A stretch of 61,762 nucleotides of DNA, filler included, from Choristocarpus tenellus KU-1152 (GCA_964200185.2; 9 parts of 9 records of this genome joined end to end with filler, not necessarily neighbours in it); one strand, 5' to 3'. Shown: positions 26,860-41,037, counted from the first letter of the whole stretch. The notes: generated by a model not told the origin, from the letters alone. A program made the numbers and translations.

Positions 26860-27768
26860 AGGCCAGGGGTAGGGGGGCACTCTGCAAGACCTCATTACTG
26901 TTGCAGGTGAACAGCAACTTGATCAAAGTACAGCACCAAACTCTGCAAAATAGATGCAACATTTTTGATTTTTCTATCATAGGGAGGTGATGGCACAATG
27001 GTCAATACAATGCCCTTCTAGCTCCAGTCGGCAGGGTTACTGACACCAGTATTTCACTTTCAAAATTGAGCACAGATAGGCAGAATTGTCCTGAGATTGA
27101 GAGAGTAAATGATGTTGCAAAATTGATGCACACTATCGGCTCATTGTAATATGATACGTATAATCCATTTTGTTGATGCACATGTGTTTGTTGGCATCAT
27201 GTGCTTCTCACCCATAGATCTAATCACATCTAATGGTTGTGGCAGTTGGCAGATACTGTGCAGGGACAGGTTGTGATAGTTTCTGATGCTCATCAAAGTC
27301 AAGGAAGGGTTGTAGGTAGGGGCATCAACAAGATAGAGTTTTGTACAAGATATCAGTGACTGAATAGGCGATGGGCACCGGTCACCTTACATGGCTGTCC
27401 TTGCTATTTGTGAGTAATTTTAATAATAATGACTTCAATAGAAGGAAAGTAAAGAACTGGTTCCTTCCAACAAGCACACTCACAGTAAGGCATACAAGCA
27501 AAGACAAAATCGGTCTATTTGTAATACACCCCCCAAAAAAATGATGGCAAAAAGTGCTGTCAAGTTCATGTACCACACAAACGTGGGAGGGAGAACGCCT
27601 GCTGAATCATACAATTTGGAAAATGATTACTGTACAAGCACAGAAATACTCCATGCACAAAAGCTATGGGATTGTATTAAGTCATCACTCATAGCTCAAA
27701 AGGCTTCACAATACAAGAAGCAATTTTCGGACAAACCAAATGCAACAGTACCTTTGTTTTGTACAAAG

Positions 27769-30297
27769 CTACTGGTCCCTTCCCTCCCTCCCCCATGCTG
27801 TTGAGATCAATCGGTATGTTGGGGGAGTGACTGATGCATTAGCCTCCACAACATAAAGTCCAGTGTTTGGAATTACCCCCATATGCCTCATCTCAGACAA
27901 GTTTCGTCCACATAGGGCAAGCATCAGGACACGGAGTGTCCTGCATTTGGAATATATTAGCAAAGAGAGCAAAGAAGGAAATGCATGGCAGTCAGTCACT
28001 GACATGCAGTAGTTATTTTTGGGCTCCCACCCCACTCGAGAGAGTTCAACTGGTCCTGATTCTATGAAAAAAGTCCCTCACAAGTCATCCGCAGAACTAA
28101 CCACTAGTAGAGTGTTTGCTTGCTACTTCATACTGATATTGGGAATGGGTGGGTAAACACCACTAACCTTCCGTGACTGACAATGAGGTTCATTCTGTGT
28201 CCTTTGCTCACTACTTTTGCCACCGATGCTGTGGCACGTGACATGACCTCGTTAGGGCTCTCGCCTCTCTTGGCGCTCCTGTTTATCTCATGGCGACGGA
28301 TGCAATGTAAAGAGGAAAAACACAAGAGAGAGCTCAGGGGGAAGCACAAACAAATGGCACAGCCCTGAAGCCCTATTGCATCCTGTATTTGAGGTGCAGA
28401 CAACAAGTATTGTAAACAAGGTGGTAGTCAACGTCAGGTGGAATCAAACCATACTTATGGACCTTTGGATAATACTACCAACCCAATCATTCCATTGTGC
28501 CATGTAACTGTCATCTCAGAATCACCAATGCATTCAAGTCATCCACCACAATGTGCTGTATATCATACACTTCTTTGTCGCACCCCTTTTGCTGTATTGC
28601 TCCAATCCCCCCCACATTTTAAAGTGGGCAGAGTACTCCACACCTTTCAAAGTATAAAAATCCAAATTATTAATCCCACCCAACACACAGAACCCCCACT
28701 CCAGAATCATGAGACCCTCCACATAATATGACTTCCACCTCCTGTTGACCCTTCACCTTCCCCTTTCACAATGCGACATCCAAATATGTTGTTGGATGTC
28801 AGCATACTATGCCAAAACACTGGATTTTACCTGTCGAGGTCACCATTGAACCACCCCTCCTTCAAATCCTCAAGAAGCCCACTCCAGGGCTGCTCATTTT
28901 GATCTTCCCCCTCCAGCTCCCCCCAAGACAGCTCATCCACTCCTGGGTCTTGCATCACACTCACCTTCCCTTCCACTTCCACATCTCCTCCCACTTGTGC
29001 AATCATTGAGTCTGCCAATAGGTTTGGACATGATGATGCAGCTATCGTCGCCTTGTTCTGTTTCATGACCATGGTTGCAGTCTACGCAAAATCATCGGTA
29101 TACAGCGGAAGGGGAAGGAGGGCATGTGTTCCCGATTGTTTCACGGAAATTTTTCTAGTCAAAATAATGTTACATATCAAACTGTATCGTATACACTAGT
29201 ATCTTCTTGGAAGATAGATCTGTCGAATCGAAATAGGGTAGCGAAATAGGACAGAAAGGAAGTCTCTTGGAAGAGCAACTTACTTGGAAGTTGCTACGGG
29301 GATGCCCATGGTGCATGAGACTCTTTTATGATTGCAGGAAATGAGAGTCTGTGCTGTAGGAGTGCCTTGTGCTGCACACAGCAATAGGTGACGGTCGCCC
29401 GTGCGCCAGTGCAACTTATATCCTTGTGCAGGTTAAGCTCTCTCTCTTTGGCCCCTTCATGGTGTTATTCTCAACGGCTTCGCTACGTGGGGGGCATTAT
29501 TTCATGACCGGGAAATATCGCGAGAATATCAACATTCTAAGAACTCAACATGAAGATTACAAACGCAAAGGACATACGATAATCGGTACACTACTCACCT
29601 CATGTGCACGTTTCAAGCTGCTGGAGATGACTGCGCCAAACGGTACATTCCTCAGAAAGATGCCCAGTGCTTCCGCCTGACCTTCTCCCACCTGCAAGGG
29701 CACAACATACAGAAAGACGTCCTTGTCGGATCGTTTCAACATGAAATAATACAACCAGGCACAACGGCTATTGAGCCACATCTACTGCGAGATGCCTTTT
29801 CTTTTCAAAACTCGCAGTAAAGAAGGTGAAATACCATACTTGGTACGGATAATGTCAGATTTGTCCCAATAGTCACATATTATGTACCTCCTCTCCTGCA
29901 TCTGACCTCGTTGAGGGAGACATCCACCCCTCGTCCCTGCAGTCGCCCAGAGGCATTCATCATCGTTTCCCCGTGACGGACGAGGAACAACAACTGAGTG
30001 CCGCTCTTCGATTTGTCTGCATCTTCGTGCTCAGTCCATCGAAGGGAGAGATTTGGGTATATCTCCTCGATTGTTGGGTTCCTCGCCAGCGATCCATCAC
30101 AAGGAGAATAAGGCTTTGGTGTGGGGTAGAAACGATAGTCACACTCGTTGAATGGCGATAACTGAAAAACAAAGAGAAAAGAAAGCGAGGTTTGATTAGT
30201 TGTAGGGAGTGCCTCCATTGAATAGGTTGAGTAGGTTGCGTGTCAAGAAAAAGGATCAAAAAGGATCAGCGCAATGACATACGACTTGATCACACAT
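27769..30297 (-). CDS. Histidine phosphatase superfamily (phosphoglycerate mutase-like / PhoE-CobC type) protein, 6 exons
   Basis: Exons 30297-30283 (tentative), 30161-29907, 29691-29599, 29081-28831, 28278-28168 and 27940-27769. Motifs LFLVRHGETMMN..GRLQG..DVSLN, SSSLKRAHETA, ELSWGELEG, GES, LIVSHGR, IPNTG. Confidence 0.9.
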
Positions 30298-30685
30298 CGA
30301 GGCCGACGACTGGACGACTAACTAGTCTCACCTCTAAACTGCCCAATGCCACCTCAGTACATTTACCTATGTCACCCATTGAACTCTTTGTCCTAGTTAT
30401 CAAGTCCTATTAGGTCCTAGTCCTAGTTAAATACAGGAACAGGTTTGACCAATGACATGTTGAGTGGGAGGCCAATTTTATACCAAGTTTTTATCTATTT
30501 CTTTTTGGCAAATCACCGTACTCTTGAGTACACACCAGGTCACTGACCACCAATACCACAACCAGCACGACAAGTGGTGAACTTGACGCCCACGTCCTTC
30601 TCTTTACTCTCAATCAAGGCTTGGTGAAGAGTACACACTGGTGAAGTAATTTTAGCCTTGGAAGTGATTAACACATCCTTCAGAT

Positions 30686-31775
30686 ATGTCGAGTGAAGTC
30701 CCCACCACATTGCCTGGCAATGTCCCCCTTTCCGAGCATGATCCCGAAATGTACGACCTCATCGAGAAGGAAAAGGTGAGTAGACGATTACCCTAAGCTG
30801 TGTTAGTTTCCGAAGCTGATGGAGACTGAGCGCAAAAATGTGCCTAACAAACGTGGTGCTGGACCACGTTTATGTACTTGCGTCCCTTGATATGAGCCAC
30901 TTGTGATACAATAATAATATGGCACCCCTGGGACAGAGCAAAATGGCACGGAAATCTAGTTCAACCTGTACGAGCAAAAGCATGCTGGATTTTCTGGCTC
31001 GTGCAGTCTGTGCTTTAGGGGCGTGTCGTGGAGTTGATGTTACCCCTCAACTCTGTTCTGACGCAACCTTTATTCTTAGTCTGATCTTTTGAATCTCCAA
31101 TCTTTGCAACAATTGCCGCTGTCGTCCAGACCCGCCAATGGTCGAGCCTGGAGCTGATTGCAAGTGAGAACTTCACTTCCAGGGCGGTGATGGATTGCCT
31201 AGGCTCTGCTCTCACCAACAAGGTTTGTGCGCTGGGTTATGTGCACATTTCTGACGTGTCAACAGACACCCGATCTTGTTTCGCCTCCCGTCCCGAAGCC
31301 CCGAGACAAACATCCCTCCTATGGATTTTTCGCTCGTCAGTTCGCGCGCTTCTCTGATAATGTACATGTCCTCCAAAAACGCGCCAACACCTCCCTTAGA
31401 CTGTAGCCTGCAGGATTGAGGTGTTGTACGTGTAGACCAAATTTCGAAGAACTTTTGAATTGTAGATTTATCTTGGGTTCAAGCGACAGTGCCGGTCGTA
31501 GACACCCCTCTTCCATGAAAACTACGTCTGCAGAGGGTCCTACCTCATCCGTGCAGTGAGTTCTGATTCACCCCCTACCCTTCACACCATTCCCCCAACA
31601 CTTGTACTCGAACCCGTGGATCATGTTATATGCAGTATGCAGAGGGCCTTCCAGGCGCGCGTTACTATGGTGGAAATCAGATAGTGGATCAAATCGAGAG
31701 CCTTTGCCAGCAAAGGGCGTTGGAGGCGTACAGGTTGGACTCCGACCAGTGGGGCGTGAATGTGCAGCCGTACAG
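30686..31775 (+). CDS. SHMT: Serine hydroxymethyltransferase (likely cytosolic), first 3 exons; remainder beyond contig
   Basis: Exons 30686-30775, 31130-31222 and 31636-31775: [64 protein letters not shown]. No transit peptide visible. Confidence 0.96.
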
Positions 31776-32203
31776 GTGCGATGTTTATTTTAAGGAGAAC
31801 AAGCGTACCGAAACATGTCTTTTTTGTTCACGATAAACTGGAAAAGGGTTTGAGAGGAGCTGGGAGTGGTGTCAGCAAAATATTGAGTTGGAGAATATGT
31901 AGTTTTGGGTAGTGTATGTTCTCAAACTCCACTGGTAATATCCTGCTGAATACCTGTGCTGCACAGATTGAAGGCTCGTGTGTGACCGCTACAAGAATAC
32001 TATGGCATTGATCAAATCGTCAATTTTTAATGTGCCACCCACCATCCTCAGGTTTCGGCCCAATTTCGCCCCACTCACATACGTCAAAGTTTGCCCCAAA
32101 CCCAAGCTGAAAATTGTGGGAAGACATGGATTATGTTGCTTTTATTGTTCCTTCATGCTGTCCTTGAATCAATCCTACTTGCCCAGTTCCTTGGACCCTG
32201 ACT

Positions 32204-32244
<41 letters not shown>

Positions 32245-32275
32245 CTGTCCGCTGTTCATGGGCGCCAGAGGAAGC

Positions 32276-32375
32276 NNNNNNNNNNNNNNNNNNNNNNNNN
32301 NNNNNNNNNNNNNNNNNNNTTAATTAATTAANNNNNNNNNNNNNNNNNNNNNNNNNNNNNNNNNNNNNNNNNNNN
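32276..32375. other. Artificial contig spacer
   Basis: 44N-TTAATTAATTAA-44N. Confidence 0.97.
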
Positions 32376-33426
32376 GGGGGAGGGGGTTTCACAAGTATAT
32401 GGCGACTTCAACTTTCCTGTCCCAGCTCTCTCTGGTCCTGTACAGTAACAACTAAAAAAAGCTTTGTGGAAGAGGTCAATATGAACATGCATAGAGCCAG
32501 CTCTATATTTACAGGAGAAATGGTTAACCAACTTGTAACCAGGATGTGCCATTCTTCTCACGGCGAGGAGAAAATCATGACCCTAACCACCCCGATGGCA
32601 TGTTTCAGGGTACTTAGGAGAGGAGAGTGCAGGGAATATGGTAACTAAATCCCTAGGGATATTATAGAACCATTTTATGACAATAAGAAAAACTCTTCTA
32701 TATTTTCAACGGTGTGTAGGAACGACCCTCTCGAGCGTTTTGAAAAAAAAAGAACGAAAATTTTGGGTACGTATGTTTTTTATAGCAAAACGTGTAAAAT
32801 ATCCAATAATAATAATAATACATCAAATCCTTCTTTTTTTTCAAATCAAGAAAGCGGGAAAGTGAGGTCGATTTGGAAAAAGAATTTAATTACTGAACAG
32901 TTACAAAAAAAATCTGCAGCGCTCACACCTAGCGTATTTTCTTTTATTTATTTTATTTTTATTTATTTAAACTAAAAAACGAAATCACTCAAGAGTATAT
33001 AAAAAAAAAGAAAGCGCCCATTGATGTACTCCGACATGACCCCCTCCTAATAACAAAGAAAAAATATATATGCGGGATGTATTCCGTCCGATACCACGAA
33101 CAAGAAAATAGAAAAAAAAATGGAAATGATACGGAAAAAAATAAAATAAATATATATAATAGATGCCACCGCATCATTTGCCAATCTTTTTTTTTTTTTT
33201 TTTTTTTTCCTTAAAAAATTTTTGAATTTTCTTTCTTTAAACGGGCGGAAAAGTAGAAAAACAAGTGAACAAGTAAAAAAAAAAAAAAAAAAAAACTGGA
33301 TTAATTCTTTCATTTGAGAGAGAATCAAATCAGACCTCTAGGTCACTGACATGCTGAACACGTACTTGCGGTGTTGTTTTATTTGTTTATTTTCTTATTT
33401 ATTTTTGTTTTTATTATTTTCTTTAC

Positions 33427-34805
33427 CTGTGAGTTGTGAGGATCATAGCGCATTCCTTGTTCTCATTCACAATTCTCATTATCACGTTCCACATGTGCCG
33501 TCTGGCCATGGGGTCCATCCCTGTACTAGGTTCATCCAGGAAGACAATCTGTATGGGAGGGGAGGGATACACACACACACACACACACACACACACCAAA
33601 TCCTAAGGTTAGGGAAGTACTCTTTACGATAGGATTGGGGGAGGTAGCATTCTATTACTACTGATAATACTATTTTAATGTCAACTTTGTATTGTTTGAT
33701 GTGTCATTAATGGCTACTAACAAGACTACTACCATACTAGATAATACATGACTACTCTTGTTAGTACCATACTAGATAATACATACTAACAAGACTACTA
33801 CCATACTAGATAATACATACTAACACGACTACTACCATACTAGATAATACATACTAGATAATACATACTAACAAGACTACTACCATACTAGATAATACAT
33901 ACTAGATAATACATACTAACAAGAGTACTACCATACTAGGTAGGTAATACATGCACGCCTATTTGTCACTATAAATGTTGTTGTCACCAGTAGGGGAAGT
34001 ACTAGAAGTAATATCAATACATACATCGATGACCATGTCTTCAGTTCCACATACATCATTCCACATACATCCATGCTACATACACACATCAGAGAGGGTA
34101 TAGATTAGGAAACACAAAAATGCCCTCTGATCTCTCTCAAGCACACCACCAACCAACAAACAAACCAACAAACACAACCACTACCATGACCAGAAGCCAC
34201 TACCATCAACAACAGTACGGTAGACTCAGATCAACATATTAATGTTATATGTAACATAACTCACACCAACCACATCATTCCCAACCAACAAACTCCCCCC
34301 CCCCAAAAAAAAAAAAAAAAAACAAAAAAAAAAAAAAAAAAAACAAAAAAAAAAAAAAAAAAAAAAACNNNNNNNNNCCAAAAAAAAAAAAAAAATCCTC
34401 AGTTGGCACTAACAATAACTAATACTAATAATAACAAAAACAATAATAATACTAACAAAAACAATAATAATAAAAAACACTAACATTAATAATAATAATA
34501 ATAATAATAAAAAACACTAACAATAACAACAATAGCAAGAAGAAGAGGAATATTCAACAGGGCCTAGTGCCAAACTCCATCATTAACTTCCATCCCTGAC
34601 AAGCAGGAGCAGAGCACCCGTAACGAACATGGAGAGCGCGGCAGTTCTTACTTGCCTGTGGGTCTCCAATCATGGCAATAGCCACTGACAGCTTGCGCTT
34701 GTTACCCCCACTGTAACCTCCAGCCAATCTGTCAGCGTACTGATTGAGATCCATCTCTTCAATCTTATCATCAACTGCTCTCTCCACATCAGAGGAAGGG
34801 ATACC
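33427..34805 (-). CDS. ABCA: ABC transporter subfamily A, two internal exons of the second nucleotide-binding domain
   Basis: Exon 34805-34656 ([20 protein letters not shown]) and exon 33548-33427 ([20 protein letters not shown]...ILTTHS); the intron between them is GC-AG. Confidence 0.93.
33716..33952. repeat. Intronic minisatellite (34-bp unit with a 14-bp sub-repeat)
   Basis: ACTAACAAGACTACTACCATACTAGATAATACAT repeated ~6 times, with extra ACTAGATAATACAT modules. Confidence 0.9.
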
Positions 34806-34823
34806 CTTGTCAAGAAAAAAAAG

Positions 34824-34892
34824 AAGTTAATAATAGAACAGAAGAGAAGTTAAGAATAGAACAGAAGAGAAGTTAAGAATAGAACAGAAGAG
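34824..34892. repeat. 23-bp tandem repeat x3
   Basis: AAGTTAAGAATAGAACAGAAGAG units; they form the pyrimidine tract of the ABCA acceptor on the minus strand. Confidence 0.85.
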
Positions 34893-34979
34893 CAAACGCC
34901 GCACGCACGCATGTGTGTGGGGGGGGGGGGGAAGGGGGGGTTCAAGATAAAAAACAAAAAAAAAAAATGGAATGGACCA

Positions 34980-35079
34980 NNNNNNNNNNNNNNNNNNNNN
35001 NNNNNNNNNNNNNNNNNNNNNNNTTAATTAATTAANNNNNNNNNNNNNNNNNNNNNNNNNNNNNNNNNNNNNNNNNNNN
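34980..35079. other. Artificial contig spacer
   Basis: 44N-TTAATTAATTAA-44N. Confidence 0.97.
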
Positions 35080-38000
35080 GGAGGGGGGTACCTTTCCCTA
35101 CGGATGTCTATAGATGAGCATCACAACGGAGGGAGGAGGAGGGGGTGGGGGGGTTAGAGTTGGTCATCATGGCCCTGCTAGACTCTGTTGTTTCTTGACT
35201 TACTGATTCTACGGGTTCATTGTGGATGCACTGGACAGCACTTAGAGATGGCACGTTCGATGGATATGTTCCCTTTGAAACAAATTGAATACCCTGTCCT
35301 GTTTGCACTTAGAAAGATGGCAGAAGAGCCAGAGACCAACATCTGTTGCCCCCCCAATTTTGTGTTGTGTGAGATACGAGTGCACCAGATTCATATGTGT
35401 ACACATGTGTGTCTCCGTGTGATAGAATTTGATATCTGGCACAGGTGTGAGGGGTTGGAAGGGAACGGATGCATGACACATACTTCTTACACGTTCGAAG
35501 TATATCTGGTTCAGCTCCTCTGATTCATAGTGATATCTGTGCATGTGTGTATCCGAGTTGCAGTGGGATCCCCGTGGTATATATTTAGTTAAATCTCATT
35601 GATGTTCTAGTGGCCCCCAGTTTCAAACGTTTGTGCCTTCTTTCCTGTGAGTGGAGTTGGAGTGAATGACAAGACCCTTGTTATTTTTTTCTTTTTTGTG
35701 TGCGACCATATGATACGCAGGCATCTTTTGGTCATTATGTAAACAAATTGGTTTTACCCTATGATTGTATGTCCAATGCGCATGTAGATGGGTGCCCCCC
35801 CCAAAAAAAAACGAAGAACGGTCTTCAATCTTTTTGAGCTGGTGCTGCATTCTTGTGTCTGATCCTGTTGTATGTATTTTGTTTGCTCCAGGCTATGCCT
35901 CTTGCTCTAACAGCTGCTGGAATGTCATATTCTACGACCAACTCCTTCCTAGAACAGGATGCAAGCATACCTCCAAATATATTCATGCCATGTCACAAGC
36001 AACAGTACCCATGCCATTTGAAATCTGTATAATTTCTTTTCAAATACTATTTTTAAGCGAAATCTAGACGAGGTAGTGACCTAGGTTGAAGGATGATTTC
36101 ACTAGAAAGGGAACAGTAAAATCACAGATGAGGCTGATTATTCAGTCGGTTCTCAAATGGCCATATCCAGAAGAAGTGTCTTGCGACTTAGATTAGAGAC
36201 TCAAGGTTGATGGGCTAGAAGAGGCTTGACAGATAAATGCGATTCTTCCCTTTATTATTGTCCACCTTCTTCATACAGTCACGTTTCTGGGGGTATTTTT
36301 TTTTTGTATATTGTGGTTTATTTTGTTACATACAAGTCGGTGTGTTTGATATAGTAGCAGTGCTTTGTATAGATAGGTTGATTTTTTAAGCGCAATCTTT
36401 CCTCTTCTCCAGCCTCTATTGTACTTTCGTTATGATTTATTGCCTGTTCTCCATCTTACATTTCTTGTATCTTACGCGACAATCCCTACGACATGTTAGC
36501 TGGAACAATAATATTATGTATGTTATCATTTAGAGACTCTAGGAGATAGGAGAGTTGAGTGGATTCTTCCCATAATTCTTGCCCGTTTTCATGAAGTCAG
36601 TATAATAGGAGTGTTCCTTTTTGCTTTGTTATTTGTCCATCCGTTGTCTTAATACAATACCTGTGTGTGTTAGTGTTTAGCCGGTGTGCCTGACATTACA
36701 TATTTGTAACAAGTAATACTACTCCCCTCTTTGTTTTTCAATGATTTAATCTGTCAAAAAACACCCCCACATGCTCGTGACCATGTGACCATGTCTCTCG
36801 ACGAACATGAGCAAGTTTTAGTGAAAGTATGTCGTCTGTCCACTTCTCTCAATGAACCCGACCACATGCTGGTGACCACGTAATCAACTGCCTTACCAAT
36901 AATATATTGTTGGTCATGTAGAAAGATACAACCACAACTGATATCAAAAGCAGCTCAAAGTCAAATATAGTGACTTGTTCATACACACAAAAAAGAGGAA
37001 TCTCTCACGAAATTCCGATTTTGAACATTGCAGATATTTTTACACGACAGACACATAATACTTGGAATAGCTGGTGTTACTAGTAGTGAGATCCATGTCG
37101 TGTGTAGACTCTCTTATATGCCCCTCCGTATCCCATGCCACATTGAAGAATATCCCAGCCTGCTCTGTAAGTAAACCCAGATGAGAGAAGTCTGTGTAGT
37201 TGGGGAGACCCACAAAATATACTGTAAGGCTACACAGTGACCAATAATGCAGTAGTTGGGAACAAAGCATTGTTCCCCCTTGCCTTTCTTGTTTGGATAG
37301 CGCATTTCGTTATTGTCCTTACCACTGGCTTTGTTGCGTCAAATAACCCCTTTCAATCTTGATTGTCTGTTGTCTAATGACTTGCCACCCATGCTGGACA
37401 ACCCCCTTCCGCAAATAGACGTGATATTCAAACAAAAATACCCACTTCCCTCTAAACAAGAGTTCAACTAGCACATCAAGAGGTAGGTACACAGGCAGCT
37501 CAAATGGTCTGAAGTCGAGAATATTCACTTTGCTGAATTTGTAAAAGCACAGCTAGAGTCACTCAAGGGTGTGCTATTTAATGTGTGTGTGTGTGTGTGT
37601 GTGTACGACATCATATATTCAGTATGCTATACTAACAATCAACCTAAAATGACCATGTAATGACATCCCCGCACCCCTCACATACGCACTATCCTCAGGC
37701 AGGTTGGTGGTGACGTTAAAATCCCTGAGCCAAGAAGGTTTACACGGAGGAAGACAGCAACTGATAAAGTCCTCAAACTCTTTTGGATGTCTGTACTATT
37801 ATAATAAAGTGTACCGGCTCTGAATATGCACACACTGAAGTCGGCAGACATAGGATTCTACCCTGAAGATGGTCAGGTGCTCTATCAATCACTGAGTAAT
37901 TACTTAGTGGTGTTATTCTTCCTTCATATATACTGAACAATCGAATGATGCGACAATAATAGATGCACACATTGCCATCAGATCTCTCTCCAGAACCAAT

Positions 38001-38550
38001 TTCTACCCTCAAATCGTATGATACCACAATTGGACACATGCTACGCTACACTTGTCGATTTCTACATCACTACTACTACCACTACGGCATGAGCCAAACA
38101 CTTCCACAAAGAAGCCTTGGGTTGATCTACTGAGTCACTCTTCCTTGCTCCTCTTTGATGCTTGTGCCTTATCCAGAGATGCTCGAATTCGACGATCTGC
38201 AGTGTTAGGGGAAAATTTAACAACCCTGCATGGCAGCAACAATCAGGCAGACAACCATATCACAAAAATCAGACCAAGACATGTGGTCAGAGAAGAGCAC
38301 ATTGGTGATCACATGGGCACAGCAAGGGTAAGTAAGGAGGGAGGGGAGTGGGGGGGTGGGAGCAGTGATGAGCATGTAGCAAAATTGAAATCCGTACTCC
38401 AAGCAGTGTTCACTTTTTTTAATGTTTCATTATACTTCAAAGTAACCAACAATTATTCTTCTCAACTCCCCACACCCCACCCCTTCCCCAATCCAAATCC
38501 CCGTAACAGATTTAGGAGGTAGAGCGTGATACCAATTACACCATTTCATT

Positions 38551-39633
38551 GTGAAAGTGGAAAATGTTCCTATCAAGTACGGCTATGGTGTAAGTTATGC
38601 AGGTGGGCTTCTCTTCGCCGTTGTTCAGTCCACACCACTTGATGCCCCCCCTCCCTATACCCATATGATATCAATCGCAGGTACTCCATCACTAACTAGC
38701 CTGACAGTGGTAGTAAAAACATTCCATCTCAGGGAGGTGGAGACAGGAACAGAAGTCGATTTCTAGCAGGATTTCCCACCTATCCTTTGGTCAGCTGAAA
38801 GCACATTGTACAAGTCCGTTGCAGGCAATACTTCACAAGAAAATCAGTCTCCAGGTATCAGAGAATACATATAGCGAGGCATCAATTGAGCCCTGGTGCA
38901 AAAATGTATCATTGACACGGGTGCTCGGATAGACAAAAGAGGATGCTGGTCCTGTACAGAGCTGGAGTGTACCTGTGGGGAAAGATCTTTCTGTGAGGAA
39001 GTTCACCAATATTCTAAACCTGCGAGAGACTTGTAGTGCTCCTGGGTTCTATGGCACCCCAATTCTGTTACTGAGGGGTAATAATCCTGAAATATCAAAA
39101 CACTGGAAGAACATAGCTCCCCTTAGAGAAATTTATCCCCAAGTGGGAAAATAAACTTGTAGTGATGGATAGTGATACGCACTACTGACTCCTCATGCAA
39201 TAGGAAATGGTGCAATCGGAATGGTGCTTTTGATGAGTTACATACGAACAGTAAGACGTGCTAAACGCACAGGATAATGTTGCAGTTATCAAACCGTGGT
39301 GGTGTGACCTCAAGTAGAGGGATGTACAGGAACCTTCTGGTAGGATAATGAGGAGAATTTTCCCATCAAGTTGGTGACAGCTGCAACCAAGGATCTTTGC
39401 CCTCATGGGCAAGGACACCTCACTTTGTTCTGAGCAGTAGATGATCAATGTGTACTACTGAAATTCTGAAAGTGCGGAAGATCAACATCATTACGTCAGA
39501 GCATAATTGGATCATTAAAAAAAGGTCTCGGTGCTTAAACGATATGATGGGTGGAAAACAGAAACATACTCCAGCGTTGCTCAAGAAGCTCTACTTTGAG
39601 TACTATTGTTACCACTACCAGAGAATCATCTAA
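38551..39633 (+). pseudogene. Possible degenerate glycosyltransferase family 8-like sequence
   Basis: Broken frames give VPIKYGYGVSYAGGLLFAVVQS, LEKFIPKWENKLVVMDSDT (DxD), CSEQ*MINVYY and HHYV, in GT8 motif order, with many stops. Confidence 0.3.
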
Positions 39634-40287
39634 ACAATTCGATATCATACAAAAGAGGTACTCCCCCCCCAAAAGGTATTTCTGATCCTCTCTGGGGCAA
39701 ATTAGAAATACTCACTGAGTAAGGCGTCTACTACTACGATACTACTGGATCATAGCACTCTGCAACTGCGAAGTTTCATACTTATCACAAAAAATATTAG
39801 AATGAAACCAAAAAACGCTATCGGTTTTGGATCCACCCACATCCCAACATCCCTTCCCCAACAACAACAGTCCTGTTCCCCCTCCCCCCCACACCTGAGG
39901 TTGCCATCAACACAGGCGCAGATCACTGTTCCCGCTGATGCATTGACCCTTAAGCTCACAACCCACCCCTTTGGCGAGAAACACCCCAGGCGCACATGCC
40001 GTGGTCGACCCTCTGAGCCTAACTCAATGCGCCTGCCCCTCATCCTCCTGCAGCATAGGTTCGTGCCCAACGCCTCCTGCCCTTTCAGAGGTTGAGGATA
40101 TTTTCTTCCTTGTGATGACCCCTTCACCCTACCCTGACCCTCCACCCTCTCACTTGTCTCCCCTTCCCCCATAGGCGCTGCCAAGCCACGGGACCCTAAT
40201 GTCGCTTGTTCCTCCGTTCTCGACACCATCCCCCAGTGCATCCCCCCCGCCCCCCCCACCTCCCACCCCCCGCCCCACCCCTTCTAC

Positions 40288-40387
40288 NNNNNNNNNNNNN
40301 NNNNNNNNNNNNNNNNNNNNNNNNNNNNNNNTTAATTAATTAANNNNNNNNNNNNNNNNNNNNNNNNNNNNNNNNNNNNNNNNNNNN
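40288..40387. other. Artificial contig spacer
   Basis: 44N-TTAATTAATTAA-44N. Confidence 0.97.
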
Positions 40388-40403
40388 CTAACCCTAACCC
40401 TAA
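40388..40403. repeat. Short telomere-type repeat (CCCTAA)n at contig start
   Basis: CTAACCCTAACCCTAA seen directly. Confidence 0.7.
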
Positions 40404-41037
40404 TTACTACAAAACGGACATTGTACCATATATATTCTGTGCCGCTTTTTTAGGGCATGCCCATGGGTGCACAAAATCGGGGTAGGTACTATAGTGGTAG
40501 TGCATACATCACCAAACCACACAGAGATTTATTGTTCCAGGAAAAGAAGTCTGGTCTGTATGGTGTTCAAAACAAGAAATTAATTCACTGGTCATCTCAT
40601 TTTTATTACCAATAATAATACAACCTAGGCATACACATCATCTGTATTGATCATGGAATCGATCAATAAAGGAATATATATATATATATATATTATTTGT
40701 GAAGATCGTTCTTGTGAGAGGGAAGTGATTGGGGATAACCAGAAAATTCTCGTGCGCTATGATGCACGCGTCGTAAACTTTATGATAGTGCTACAGAGCT
40801 TGAGGTAAGCACCACAGCCCATAACTAAAGGTAGCGAAATAGACCAATCACATTTCGCCATCTGCCGTTAATGGTAATAGAGGCTTTCCCACTCGTCTTC
40901 TTTCTTAAGGTGCTTGGTCACAAGGAAAACATCTTTGTGTTTTGTCACTGTTGTTCGCATACCTCTGCCACGCCGACAGTCTTCTCTGCTGGACTGACTT
41001 TAGATTAAGTAGCGCGCGCATAATAGCAAGGCGTGAT

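Noticed and set aside
32680-33330. Very AT-rich block with long homopolymers
   Set aside because: Low-complexity intronic or low-quality sequence; its ORFs are compositional artefacts.
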